DNA of 63,354 bases, filler included, from Eubacteriales bacterium (GTDB lineage: Bacteria > Bacillota > Clostridia > Oscillospirales > CAG-382), in NCBI GenBank assembly GCA_045636665.1. It is 6 parts of 6 records of this genome, joined end to end, with 100 filler letters (N's around TTAATTAATTAA, not from the genome) between each part and the next. Parts side by side here need not be neighbours in the genome. Positions count along the whole stretch, not along the records: positions 1 to 8,024 come from JAZTXY010000039.1; positions 8,125 to 24,497 come from JAZTXY010000040.1; 4 more parts are not named here. One strand, written 5' to 3'. Under the pieces are notes generated by a model. It was not told where the DNA came from. It was given only the letters and a program-made list of their open reading frames with translations, and ran no database searches. Within the stretch, counting starts at the first letter, position 1; each line of letters begins with the position of its first letter. The position numbers and the translations under genes were made by a program. This document shows positions 1-9,946 of the stretch, in pieces.

Positions 1-2
1 TA

Positions 3-653
3 AGCGATTTTAAATACCGCAACAATTATTACGGCGGAAAGACGATAACCGAATACGTCGGCAGTGACAAAAACGTTGTCGTTCCCTCGGTTATCGACGG
101 AAAGCCAGTAAGCGAAATACTCGGCTCGGCATTCAGCAATAACGAAAAAATAGAATCGGTCTATCTGCCCGACACGCTTTACAGAATCAATTCGTCGAGC
201 TTCAAGCTTTGCGGCAATTTAAAAAGCGTGCGACTGCCGTCGGGTGTAAGCTATATCGGGACAGAGGCGTTTTATCTTTGCAAGCGCTTGACAGAAATCA
301 CCCTGCCCTCTACCTTGACGGAAATCGAATCGAGGGCGTTTAAGGGCTGTGCCGCGTTGAAGGATATTAAGCTTCCCGATTCGCTGACCTCTATCGGCGA
401 GGAGGCGTTTGCCGACTGTCACTCGCTTGAATATATAGAAATACCGCCGAATATTACCGATTGGGGAAATTACGCCTTTAAAAATTGCGGAATTACAAAA
501 TTGGTTGTGCATAAGGACCTTCAAAAGCTCGGTGTATGTGCGTTTTACAATTGCTATAAATTGGAAGACGTTACGATAAGCGAAAGCACCGAGATAGGCG
601 TGAATTGCTTTGCGGAATGCTACCGCGTTCCCAAGGAGCTTCGCGAGAAATAA
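3..653 (+). CDS. BspA/TpLRR-type leucine-rich repeat surface protein, 5'-truncated by the window edge
   Basis: The frame is open from nt 3 (SDFKYRNNYYGGKTITEYVGSDKNVVVPSVIDGKPV...), well upstream of the track's GTG at 228. Repeated LxxIxLPxxLxxIxxxAFxxC units. Confidence 0.9.
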   Translation, partial: SDFKYRNNYYGGKTITEYVGSDKNVVVPSVIDGKPVSEILGSAFSNNEKIESVYLPDTLYRINSSSFKLCGNLKSVRLPSGVSYIGTEAFYLCKRLTEITLPSTLTEIESRAFKGCAALKDIKLPDSLTSIGEEAFADCHSLEYIEIPPNITDWGNYAFKNCGITKLVVHKDLQKLGVCAFYNCYKLEDVTISESTEIGVNCFAECYRVPKELREK

Positions 654-668
654 TCATCGGAGAACAAA

Positions 669-2654
669 ATGAAAAGATTTATATGTGCTTTGCTTGCAAT
701 ATCCTTGCTTTTTGCGCTTTGCGCGTGTGAGGAAAATATAACCGACGAAAGCGTTGAGTCGAGCGACGCCTCGATTGAAGAAATCGTATATCCGCCCGAA
801 ACGCCCGCAGAGGACTTTAAGTATCTCGACCTTGAGGACGGAAGCGGAATAAGCATCGAATATTATTACGGCGGTGACGAAACCGTTGTAATTCCCGCAA
901 ATATCGATGGAAAAGCGGTGAAGGAGGTTCGCATTTCGAACTTCGGCTTCAACGAAAAAATGAAGGAGCTTTATATTCCCGAGGGTGTTACAAAGCTCAG
1001 CAGCAGTAGCTTTGTCCTTCAGGATGAAGCGACGACGACGGTTGAAAAAATAGTGCTTCCCAAAAGCTTAAAGGAGATTGAATCCTACGCCTTTTTCAAA
1101 TTCAAAAATCTTAGCTATATCAATCTTCCCGACGGAATGACAAAGCTCGGCAGTCAGATATTTTATGGATGCACAAGCCTGACCGAGGCCTATCTTCCCA
1201 AGGAGTGCTTTAATAACGGATACGGCACCCTAACAGGCTGCTGTATAAAAAATATCGTTGTGCCCGAAGGCATAACCGGTATCGGATATGCCGAATTCGG
1301 CGACGCCGCCGTTGAAAAAATCACGCTTCCGAGCACTATTACCGAGATCGGATACTGCGCGTTTCTTAATTGCCCGATTGAAGAAATAACACTCCCCGAG
1401 GGACTCTTAAAAATCGACGACCGCGCCTTTACGGGTACGAAATTAAAGGAAATCGTGATACCTAAAAGCGTTAAAGAAATGACGGATTTAAGCTTTAGCG
1501 ACATCGAGGGCTTTGAAAGGGTAATTTTTCTGGGCGATGCGCCGAGCGGCTTTACCGATTGGGAGGCTCATATAAGCGAGCCGAGCGAGTTTTACGAGCT
1601 TCATATCTCCAAATCGGCAAAGGGCTTTACCTTCCCGCGTTGGAACGGATTTCCCGTCAGGTATACTGATTCGGGCGAAATGCCGAAGGTTTATAACGGC
1701 TTCGAATATTGCGAAACCGAAAAGGGTATTACCGTCACGAAATATTTAGGCAACGAAACGAACGTGGTTTTCCCCGAAAGCATCGACGGAAAGCTTGTAA
1801 CCGCGATAGAAATGCGTATTTTCAGTAAGGACAAAAGCATAAAAAGCGTAACCCTGCCCGATACGGTAGAATATATCGGTGCACGCGCGTTTTGTGCCTG
1901 CGAAGCGCTCGAAAGCATCGTTTTTCCGAAGAATTTAAAGGAAATAGGCGATTTCGCAATATCCTCGTGCGATAAGATAAAGGAAATTATCCTTCCCGAG
2001 GGCGTTGAAAAAATCGGATACGAGGCGTTTTCATCCAACCGCGGATTGACAAAGGTCGTGCTTCCCGAGGGAATTAAGGAATTGGGCGGCGGTTTGTTTT
2101 CAAACTGCTACGAGCTTAACGACGTAACGCTTCCGAGTGATATGACCGAAATACCCGACGGAATGTTCTTCGCAACGAGAAAGCTTACGGCGATAGAGCT
2201 TCCCGAGGGAATCACAAAAATCGGCGAAAGCGCTTTCAGAAGCAGTGAGATAACCGAATTAACGCTTCCCGACGGTGTGAAGAGCATTGGCGATTACGCC
2301 TTTGAATCGGCACTTCGGCTCAAGGCGCTCAACATCCCCGACGGACTCACCTATATCGGCGACGAGGCATTTGAATCGAGCGGAATCACCGAGCTTGTTC
2401 TTCCAAAAAGCCTTGAAACGATTTGGGGCTGGACGTTTAATTGCTGCTTCCACCTCCAAAAAATCACGTTTTTGGGCGACGCGCCCGAGGTGAAGATATA
2501 CAGCTATCAATCCTACGACGGCACGATGGCTTACCGCGATTTTCCGAATAATGCCGAGTTCGTCGTTTATATCAACGAAGGCGCAAACGGCTTTGAGGGC
2601 GATTTCTGGGACAAATGCGATATCGCGTTCATCACAAGCGAAGAAAGCGAATAA
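669..2654 (+). CDS. BspA/TpLRR-type leucine-rich repeat lipoprotein with two LRR modules
   Basis: Lipoprotein signal (LLFALCAC). Many 'LPEGxxxIGxxAF' repeats. Two N-caps (F.Y...Y.G....V..P..IDGK.V) and two 'FLGDAP' C-caps. RBS GGAG. Confidence 0.92.
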   Translation: MKRFICALLAISLLFALCACEENITDESVESSDASIEEIVYPPETPAEDFKYLDLEDGSGISIEYYYGGDETVVIPANIDGKAVKEVRISNFGFNEKMKELYIPEGVTKLSSSSFVLQDEATTTVEKIVLPKSLKEIESYAFFKFKNLSYINLPDGMTKLGSQIFYGCTSLTEAYLPKECFNNGYGTLTGCCIKNIVVPEGITGIGYAEFGDAAVEKITLPSTITEIGYCAFLNCPIEEITLPEGLLKIDDRAFTGTKLKEIVIPKSVKEMTDLSFSDIEGFERVIFLGDAPSGFTDWEAHISEPSEFYELHISKSAKGFTFPRWNGFPVRYTDSGEMPKVYNGFEYCETEKGITVTKYLGNETNVVFPESIDGKLVTAIEMRIFSKDKSIKSVTLPDTVEYIGARAFCACEALESIVFPKNLKEIGDFAISSCDKIKEIILPEGVEKIGYEAFSSNRGLTKVVLPEGIKELGGGLFSNCYELNDVTLPSDMTEIPDGMFFATRKLTAIELPEGITKIGESAFRSSEITELTLPDGVKSIGDYAFESALRLKALNIPDGLTYIGDEAFESSGITELVLPKSLETIWGWTFNCCFHLQKITFLGDAPEVKIYSYQSYDGTMAYRDFPNNAEFVVYINEGANGFEGDFWDKCDIAFITSEESE

Positions 2655-2656
2655 TA

Positions 2657-2684
2657 AAAAACGGCTCTTTTTCAGAGCCGTTTT
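2657..2684. terminator. Bidirectional intrinsic terminator
   Basis: AAAACGGCTCT-TTTTC-AGAGCCGTTTT between convergent genes. Confidence 0.8.
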
Positions 2685-2689
2685 GCTTT

Positions 2690-4366
2690 TTATATTTCAA
2701 ATACGATTGCCTCGAAGGGCGCAAGCGTTAGAGCGCCGTTTTCGGGGAGGGTTGCTTCGGGATAGTTCGCAAGAAGGAGCTTTTTGCCGATGATTTCGGT
2801 CTTGACCGTAATATCAACGGGCGAGAAGGAGCAAACGACCGCAACGCGCTTGCTTCCGTCGGTACGGATATAAGCGATAACGTCGTCGCAATCGAGCATA
2901 ATCGGTTCGATACTGCCGACCGAGAGGGCTTCGACGTATTCGTCGCTCTTGCGAAGCGCAACCATTTGCTTGTAATAGGAAAGAACGCTGTTTTCGTCCC
3001 TTGCTTCGTCCTCGGCGTTAAAGCGCGCGAATTCGGGGTGGGGCTTCATCCAAGGGGTAACGTCCGAAAAACCGCCGTTTTCGCCCGACGTCCAAGGGAA
3101 GGGAATACGCCCGTTGTCACGGCTGTATCGGTTGACGGCCTTTATCGCTTCCTCGGGAGTGAGTCCGTCGGCAAGCGCCAAGCGGTAGTGGTTCTTGGTC
3201 GAAATATCGTCGACGTCGTCGATGCTTTCAAAAACCGTGTTCGTCATACCCAATTCCTCGCCCTGATAAATAAAGGGGATACCGCGAAGGAAGAAGAAGA
3301 GAGTGCCGAGCATCTTTTGCGAAATATCGTTCTGATATTCCTGAGGGATGAATTTTTCACTTGCGCGCGGATAATCGTGGTTTTCGAAATATACTGCGCC
3401 GAAGCCGATCTTTTCGGTTTCGATCTGACTTGCGAACATCTTATCGCGAAGCCAGGTTATCGGCCATTCCCAAGCCTTTTTGCAGGTGTGCCAAGCGTGG
3501 CCGTAGGAATAAAGCTCGGAATAGGAAAAATCGAAAAGGGTAGAGAAATAACCGTTTTCGCCTATGTATTCGCCAAGCTGTTCATAGGGAACGCCCGCCG
3601 CCTCGGCAACGGTTATACAGTCATAACGGTCAAAGGTCTGCTCTCTTAGCTCGGTAAGAAAATCGCCGATGCCGGGGTAATTTCTCGTCGGTCCGAAGCA
3701 GGCAACCATTCCGTCGTCACCGTCGGGCGTAAGCGAGGAAAGAGTCGGTTCCTTTTTCAAATGCGTTATTGCGTCGATGCGGAAGCCGCCCAAGCCCTTG
3801 TCCAACCACCAGCGTATCATTTCGTAAAGCTTTTCGCGTAATTTGGGGTTTTCCCAATTAAGGTCGGGCTGTTTTTTCGAGAAAAGGTGCATATAATATC
3901 TGCCGTTGCCGACGTGCTCCCAAGCCGAGCCGCCGAACATCGAGCGCCAGTTGTTGGGCGCACCGTTATCGGAATTGCGGAAGTAAAAATATTCAGCCTC
4001 CTCGCAATTCGGGTCTGCAAGCGCCTTTTGGAACCAAATATGCTCGTCAGAGCAGTGATTGAGCACAAGGTCCATAATTATTTTAATACCGCGCTTTTTC
4101 GCTTCGCAAAGAAGCTCGTCCATATCCTCCATCGTGCCGAACATCGGGTTGATGGAATAATAATCGGAAATGTCATATCCGCCGTCATCCATGGGCGATG
4201 CATATACGGGGCATATCCAAACGTAATCGATGCCCAAATCCTTAAGGTAATCGAGCTTTTCGGTAATTCCCTTTAAATCGCCGATGCCGTCGCCGTTCGC
4301 ATCGCGGAAGCTTCTGGGGTATATCTGATAGGCTATTTTGCGTTTCCACGCTTCGTTTTTGTTCAT
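2690..4366 (-). CDS. GH13 alpha-glucosidase (oligo-1,6-glucosidase/GH13_31-like)
   Basis: YQIYPRSF, DGIGDLKG, DLVLNH, QPDLNW, catalytic GFRIDAI / VAEA / ENHD, SRDNGR. Start moved to ATG 4366 behind an AAGGAG RBS. Confidence 0.93.
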   Translation of the reverse strand: MNKNEAWKRKIAYQIYPRSFRDANGDGIGDLKGITEKLDYLKDLGIDYVWICPVYASPMDDGGYDISDYYSINPMFGTMEDMDELLCEAKKRGIKIIMDLVLNHCSDEHIWFQKALADPNCEEAEYFYFRNSDNGAPNNWRSMFGGSAWEHVGNGRYYMHLFSKKQPDLNWENPKLREKLYEMIRWWLDKGLGGFRIDAITHLKKEPTLSSLTPDGDDGMVACFGPTRNYPGIGDFLTELREQTFDRYDCITVAEAAGVPYEQLGEYIGENGYFSTLFDFSYSELYSYGHAWHTCKKAWEWPITWLRDKMFASQIETEKIGFGAVYFENHDYPRASEKFIPQEYQNDISQKMLGTLFFFLRGIPFIYQGEELGMTNTVFESIDDVDDISTKNHYRLALADGLTPEEAIKAVNRYSRDNGRIPFPWTSGENGGFSDVTPWMKPHPEFARFNAEDEARDENSVLSYYKQMVALRKSDEYVEALSVGSIEPIMLDCDDVIAYIRTDGSKRVAVVCSFSPVDITVKTEIIGKKLLLANYPEATLPENGALTLAPFEAIVFEI

Positions 4367-4456
4367 ATCATTAACTCCTTTTTGAGTGCATAAGAAAATT
4401 ATACACAACAAAACATAAAAAAACAAGATTTACCATAGAATTTTTGTAAAAAACCA

Positions 4457-4485
4457 TTGAAAAATAGCGTGTTATATGATATACT
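4457..4485 (+). promoter_or_regulatory. Sigma-A promoter of the hydrogenase operon
   Basis: TTGAAA-17 nt-TATACT with extended -10 TG. Confidence 0.7.
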
Positions 4486-4588
4486 GTATATCGATATGCA
4501 AAGCAGCGATAACAAATTAACGCGCAATCTTTTGCATATCCTTTAAACCGTTAAAAAATAAAAAATAAACACTCAGGAGGATTCCTTA

Positions 4589-5065
4589 ATGGCTCTCACC
4601 AAGGAACAAATCGCGGCAAAAAATGCCGAACTCGAAGCCTACATTTCCGAAAATAAGGATATGGACGGCGCGCTTATCCCCGTAATGCAAAAGGCACAGG
4701 AACTTTTCGGTTACCTCTCGCTCGAAACTATGGAGCTTATTTCCGAAAGACTTGACGTTCCCGTTTCCGAAATTTACGGTGTTGCTACCTTCTACGCACT
4801 CTTCTCTCTTACTCCCAAGGGCGAATACGTCATCTCGGTATGCACAGGTACCGCTTGCTACGTTAAGGGCGCACAGCTCGTACTTGACGAGGTTAAAAAT
4901 CAGCTCGGTATCGGTTCCGGCGAAACTACTCCCGACGGTAAATTCTCGATACAAGACACCCGTTGCCTCGGTTGCTGCGGTCTTGCTCCCGTAATGGTTA
5001 TCAATAACGACGTTTACGGAAGACTTGAACCTGCCGATATCAAGGATATTCTTGCTAAATATTAA
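4589..5065 (+). CDS. hydC: [FeFe]-hydrogenase NuoE-like [2Fe-2S] subunit (HydC/HndA)
   Basis: VATFYALF, CTGTAC and CLGCC [2Fe-2S] motifs; first gene of the operon. Confidence 0.92.
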   Translation: MALTKEQIAAKNAELEAYISENKDMDGALIPVMQKAQELFGYLSLETMELISERLDVPVSEIYGVATFYALFSLTPKGEYVISVCTGTACYVKGAQLVLDEVKNQLGIGSGETTPDGKFSIQDTRCLGCCGLAPVMVINNDVYGRLEPADIKDILAKY

Positions 5066-5095
5066 TTTTTTAATTGGTTGAAAGGAAATGAATAT

Positions 5096-6982
5096 ATGAA
5101 ATCATTGGCTCAGCTTGCCGAAATTCGCAATGAAATGAAGAAAAGCATTGCGATTCGTATGCAAGATAAAACCGGTTCCGACAGCAAAATCCGTGCGCAC
5201 GTTCTTGTTTGCGGCGGTACCGGATGTACCTCCTCCGGCTCGGTTACCATCCGCGAGGTATTTGAACGCGAATTTGAAGCTAACGGTATAGCGGAAGAAG
5301 TTAAAATAATCCAAACCGGCTGTTTCGGTCTTTGCGCGCTCGGCCCCGTTGTTATCGTTTATCCCGAAGGAACCTTCTATTCTCAGGTTACTCCCGATGA
5401 CGTATCCGAAATCGTAAAATCTCACCTTGTAAACGGTGAAATCGTTCAACGCCTTGTTTACGACGATATTGGCGGCGGCAAAAAGGCGGACGGCCCCGTT
5501 TCGCTTAACGAAACCGGATTTTATAAGGATCAAAAGCGTGTTGCATTGCGTAACTGCGGCGTTATCGATCCCGAAAATATCGATGAATACATAGCAACCG
5601 ACGGATATCTTGCGCTCGGTAAGGTTCTTACCGAAATGACTCCCGATTCGGTTATCGAATTGATGCTCGATTCCGGTCTTCGCGGCAGAGGCGGCGCGGG
5701 CTTCCCGACTGCAAGAAAATGGCAGTTCGCAAAGAACAGCGTTTCCGATAAAAAATACGTTGTATGTAACGCCGACGAAGGCGACCCCGGCGCATTTATG
5801 GACCGTTCGGTTCTTGAAGGCGACCCCCACGCTGTTATCGAAGCAATGGCTATCGCAGGCTATGCTATCGGCGCAGACGAAGGCTTCGTTTACGTTCGTG
5901 CTGAATATCCTATCGCGGTTAAGCGTCTTGCTATCGCTATCGAACAAGCGCGTGAATACGGCATACTCGGCAAAAACGTGTTCGGCACCGGCTTTAATTT
6001 CGACGTAAATATCCGTCTTGGCTCGGGCGCATTCGTTTGCGGCGAAGAAACCGCACTTCTCACCTCTATTGAAGGTCACCGCGGCGAACCCAGACCCCGT
6101 CCTCCGTTCCCTGCAGTAAAGGGCTTGTTCGGTCAACCCACCATTATCAATAACGTTGAAACTCTCGCAAACGTTGCTCAAATCATAAACAACGGCGCTG
6201 AATGGTTCAAATCCTTCGGTACCGAAAAATCCACCGGTACAAAGGTATTTGCACTCGGCGGTAAAATCAACCATACCGGTCTTGTTGAAATTCCGATGGG
6301 TACTCCTCTCCGCACCATTATCGAAGATACCGGCGGCGGCATCCCCAACGGCAAGAAGTTCAATGCGGCTCAGACCGGCGGTCCCTCCGGCGGATGTATC
6401 CCCGCATCGCTTATCGATACTCCCGTTGATTACGAATCGCTTATGTCTATCGGCTCGATGATGGGCTCGGGCGGTCTTATCGTAATGGACGAAGATAACT
6501 GTATGGTCGACATTGCGAAGTTCTTCCTCGAATTTACCGTTGATGAATCCTGCGGTAAATGTACTCCCTGCCGTATCGGTACCAGAAGAATGCTCGACAT
6601 CCTTACCCGTATCACCGAAGGCAAGGGTGAAGAAGGCGATATCGAAAAGCTTGAAGAGCTTGCAAACAACATCAAGGCAACCGCGCTTTGCGGCCTTGGT
6701 CAGACTGCACCTAACCCCGTACTTTCCACCATTCGCTATTTCCGCGATGAATATGAAGCACACATCCGTGAAAAACGTTGTCCTGCAGGTCAGTGTAAAG
6801 CTCTCGCAAGATATATTATCGATCGCGACCTTTGCCGCGGCTGCTCGCTCTGTGCAAGAAAATGTCCCGTTAACGCTATCGAAGGCGTCGTAAAGAGCCC
6901 GTTCGTTATCGATCAGGACAAGTGTATCAAGTGCGGCACCTGCGTTGAAAGCTGTAAGTTCGGCGCAATTTCCAAGAAATAA
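5096..6982 (+). CDS. hydB: [FeFe]-hydrogenase NuoF-like NADH/FMN subunit (HydB)
   Basis: GLRGRGGAGFP, CNADEGDPGAFMDR, GAFVCGEETAL, GGPSGG, SCGKCTPCR, an N-terminal thioredoxin-like Fe-S domain and C-terminal 2x[4Fe-4S]. Confidence 0.93.
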   Translation: MKSLAQLAEIRNEMKKSIAIRMQDKTGSDSKIRAHVLVCGGTGCTSSGSVTIREVFEREFEANGIAEEVKIIQTGCFGLCALGPVVIVYPEGTFYSQVTPDDVSEIVKSHLVNGEIVQRLVYDDIGGGKKADGPVSLNETGFYKDQKRVALRNCGVIDPENIDEYIATDGYLALGKVLTEMTPDSVIELMLDSGLRGRGGAGFPTARKWQFAKNSVSDKKYVVCNADEGDPGAFMDRSVLEGDPHAVIEAMAIAGYAIGADEGFVYVRAEYPIAVKRLAIAIEQAREYGILGKNVFGTGFNFDVNIRLGSGAFVCGEETALLTSIEGHRGEPRPRPPFPAVKGLFGQPTIINNVETLANVAQIINNGAEWFKSFGTEKSTGTKVFALGGKINHTGLVEIPMGTPLRTIIEDTGGGIPNGKKFNAAQTGGPSGGCIPASLIDTPVDYESLMSIGSMMGSGGLIVMDEDNCMVDIAKFFLEFTVDESCGKCTPCRIGTRRMLDILTRITEGKGEEGDIEKLEELANNIKATALCGLGQTAPNPVLSTIRYFRDEYEAHIREKRCPAGQCKALARYIIDRDLCRGCSLCARKCPVNAIEGVVKSPFVIDQDKCIKCGTCVESCKFGAISKK

Positions 6983-6995
6983 GGAGGACGGATAA

Positions 6996-8024
6996 ATGAA
7001 CAAAGTAAATCTTACCATAGACGGCATTCACGTTGAAGTGCCTGCCAACTATACAATTCTCGAAGCAGCGCGCGAAGCTAATATCAATATCCCGACTCTC
7101 TGCTATCTTAAAGACGTAAACGAAATCGGCGCTTGCCGTCTTTGTCTTGTAGAGATCAAGGGCGCTCGCGCACTCCAAGCATCCTGCGTATCTCCCGTCG
7201 GCGAAGGTATGGAGGTTTGGACCAATAACGAAAAGCTCCGCAAAGCAAGAAAAATCAATCTCGAGCTCATTCTTTCCAACCATAACCGCGAATGTACCTC
7301 TTGCGTAAGAAGCGGCAACTGCGAGCTTCAACAGCTTTGTAAGGAATACGGCGTTGATCAATATCCCTTCGACGGCAACAAGTCTGAAGCGACTATCGAT
7401 GAAATCTCGCCCTCTATCGTTCGCGATAACACCAAATGTATTTCCTGCCGTCGCTGTGTAGCGGCTTGTAACAAGGTTCAAAAGATCGGCGCAATCGGCG
7501 TTTCCAAGCGTGGCTTCAACACCACCGTCGGCTGTATCTTCGGTATGAGCCTTGCAGACAGCCCCTGCATCAACTGCGGTCAGTGTATCCTCGCTTGTCC
7601 CGTTGGCGCATTGCACGAAAAGCACAGCACCGCAGACGTTTATGCGGCTCTTAACGATCCCACCAAGCACGTTGTTGTTCAACCTGCTCCTGCAGTAAGA
7701 GCAACTCTCGGCGAAGAATTCGGTATGGAAATCGGTACCTCTGTTACCGGTAAGCTCGTTACCGCGCTCCGCAGACTTGGCTTCGACAAGGTATTTGATA
7801 CCGATTTCGCGGCTGACCTCACCATTATGGAAGAAGGCACCGAGCTTTTGGGCAGACTCAACAACGGCGGTGTGCTTCCCATGATCACCTCGTGCAGCCC
7901 CGGTTGGATCAAATATTGCGAAGAATTCTATCCCGAATTTATCCCCAACCTCTCCTCCTGCAAATCTCCTCACGAAATGCTCGGCGCAATCACCAAGAGC
8001 TATTATGCGGAAAAAGCTGGCATC
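6996..8024 (+). CDS. hydA: [FeFe]-hydrogenase catalytic subunit (group A3), 3'-truncated at the contig end
   Basis: N-terminal [2Fe-2S], HxxxCxxCxxxxxC, 2x[4Fe-4S], ADLTIMEE and H-cluster motif TSCSPGW. Confidence 0.93.
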
Positions 8025-8124
8025 NNNNNNNNNNNNNNNNNNNNNNNNNNNNNNNNNNNNNNNNNNNNTTAATTAATTAANNNNNNNNNNNNNNNNNNNN
8101 NNNNNNNNNNNNNNNNNNNNNNNN
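8025..8124. other. Artificial contig-joining spacer
   Basis: N-run + TTAATTAATTAA (stop codons in all six frames) + N-run. Confidence 0.99.
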
Positions 8125-8481
8125 AAACTCAAAATTTTCTTCATTTTTTTCTCCCTTGTCGCAAAGCAACATTATTACTTTATGCACTCAATAGCGCAAC
8201 GCAGGCGCAAGAACGCATTTTTCTTTTTATATTCTAACATAAGAACAGTAATTTTTCAACCTAAAAATCAAGCGCAGACATTTTTCGTCCTTTTGCACAA
8301 TCATCGCTCAAACAAGTTGTGCATTTTGTCAATTGTTCAATTTTCACAGAGGTGTCCTCCTTTCGTAATTGTCGGCTTGATTATTTGCAAGACGATTCAA
8401 CAAAAGCCGTATTGTTGAATGCGTTTTTAAAGTTTAAAGGAAAAGGAAGCGTTAGTTTGCTAAATGCATTAAAATTTTTAA

Positions 8482-9795
8482 TTATTCAGCAACAACGGTC
8501 CATGTGCCATTTTCTTCTACTGCAGCGAAACCGTCAGCAACCCAAGCAGAGGGGTTGAAGCCGAAGGTACCACCGGTAATGATAACGGTGCCATCGCCAA
8601 GGATACCAGCGGTGTAGCCGGAACGAGTAGAAGCTTTGCCGAAGGTACCGCCGTTAATGGTAACGGTAGTGCCTGCGCTAGCGTAAACGTATGCACGTTG
8701 TTGGTTATCCTTAGGATCCCAAGAGAATTCACCACCATTGATGGTGATTTCAGTGCCTGCGCCTGCAGCGTAGAAGCAGTATCTTCCGGAAGTAGAAGCA
8801 GAGTCAACGTACAAGCTACCGTCATTGAAGATTACCTTTGCGCCGCCGGTTGCGCCGATACCGCCGCCTGCAGATTTAATCTCAGTACCGTTTACAACGA
8901 TTCCTGCATTTGCGCCGTTAGCGATGAAGCCGTAGTCCGTCGGAGTACCAACTGCTGCAGCGCCATCAATTACTTCCAATTTACCGGAAACAGTCACATA
9001 ATTAACGCTGAGAGTTTCTTTGGTTACAGAGAAGTCGAAAGAAACATCATCAGTATTGTTGATGGTGAGACCTGTTCCAGCTTTACCCATCATTTTTGCG
9101 ACTCTTTCAGCGCCGGCCTGTGTAGTAACAACGAGGAATTCGCCGGATTCTTTTTCGTTGCCAACATATGCGAATGCTTCTTTAGCGGGACCGGGAACGT
9201 TAGCAGTCTGAACTGCTTCAGCAAATACTTTGATATCGAATTCGCCGGAAAGTGCAGCAGCTTGGAAACGATCCAATTGTTCATTGATGTTGATGTTGGT
9301 GAAGAGGTTTACAACATCGCCGGAAGCGAGAATGTTGTTGTAGTAAAGAGTGTAAGCGATGGTGTTTTCATCAGCATTGAACTCGATACGATCAACAGTG
9401 AAATCTGTACTGAGGTCGGTAGCGAAATTTTCAAGACCGAAGAAAACTTCGTCAAAAACGTCGTACCATACGTCAGCACCGGTGATGGTTACGGTAGCAC
9501 GTACGTACTGATCGTAGTAACCGGTGTTTTCGATGTTGACTTCCTTATAAAGGTCGTCGTCGGGTTGGATGTCGGGATAAGTGATGCCTTCGTCGTCATA
9601 CACATTGCCTTCGTCATCCTTTTCCCAAACATTGATAGAGAAGATCTCGTCAGCGTCATCTTCAGAATCTGCGATGAGGAAGTTGTTGGTTACTTCATCA
9701 GAAGCAGTGAACCAAGCGAGGGTGCCGAGAGAGCCCATAGCGAGCAAGCACACTGCAAGAGTGATAACCAACACTTTGAGTTTGGTGTTCTTCAT
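8482..9795 (-). CDS. SipW-dependent signal-peptide protein (TasA/CalY-like) with a C-terminal Gly-rich beta-solenoid-like region
   Basis: MKNTKLK...GSLGTLAWFTASDEVTNNF is a SipW-class signal. 'KEVNIENTG...YVRA' and 'IKVFAEAVQ' are TasA-like strands. C-terminal 'TITINGGxF' repeats. ATG 9795 with AAAGGAG. Confidence 0.8.
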   Translation of the reverse strand: MKNTKLKVLVITLAVCLLAMGSLGTLAWFTASDEVTNNFLIADSEDDADEIFSINVWEKDDEGNVYDDEGITYPDIQPDDDLYKEVNIENTGYYDQYVRATVTITGADVWYDVFDEVFFGLENFATDLSTDFTVDRIEFNADENTIAYTLYYNNILASGDVVNLFTNININEQLDRFQAAALSGEFDIKVFAEAVQTANVPGPAKEAFAYVGNEKESGEFLVVTTQAGAERVAKMMGKAGTGLTINNTDDVSFDFSVTKETLSVNYVTVSGKLEVIDGAAAVGTPTDYGFIANGANAGIVVNGTEIKSAGGGIGATGGAKVIFNDGSLYVDSASTSGRYCFYAAGAGTEITINGGEFSWDPKDNQQRAYVYASAGTTVTINGGTFGKASTRSGYTAGILGDGTVIITGGTFGFNPSAWVADGFAAVEENGTWTVVAE

Positions 9796-9946
9796 GGTTT
9801 TTTCTCCTTTAAAAATTTTATTTTTGTTTTGCTTATTTTGTTTGCTAAGATCAGAGAGTTTCATGGAGCCCTTTTCCTCCTTTCTTCAATATTTTTTTAT
9901 TTCTAAATTGTGCGTCGACTTCCTTGACACAATTTTGAAACCAAGC

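Noticed and set aside
5102..7027. 641-aa antisense ORF over hydB
   Set aside because: Shadow ORF produced by the codon bias of a highly expressed gene; no motifs.
8069..8080. Palindrome TTAATTAATTAA recurring five times in the window
   Set aside because: It is always centred in N-runs and is a synthetic six-frame-stop linker. Gene adjacency across these points is meaningless.
8182..8558. Short + strand ORFs in the intergenic region
   Set aside because: No RBS or coding-like composition; they overlap hairpins and the end of the TasA-like gene.
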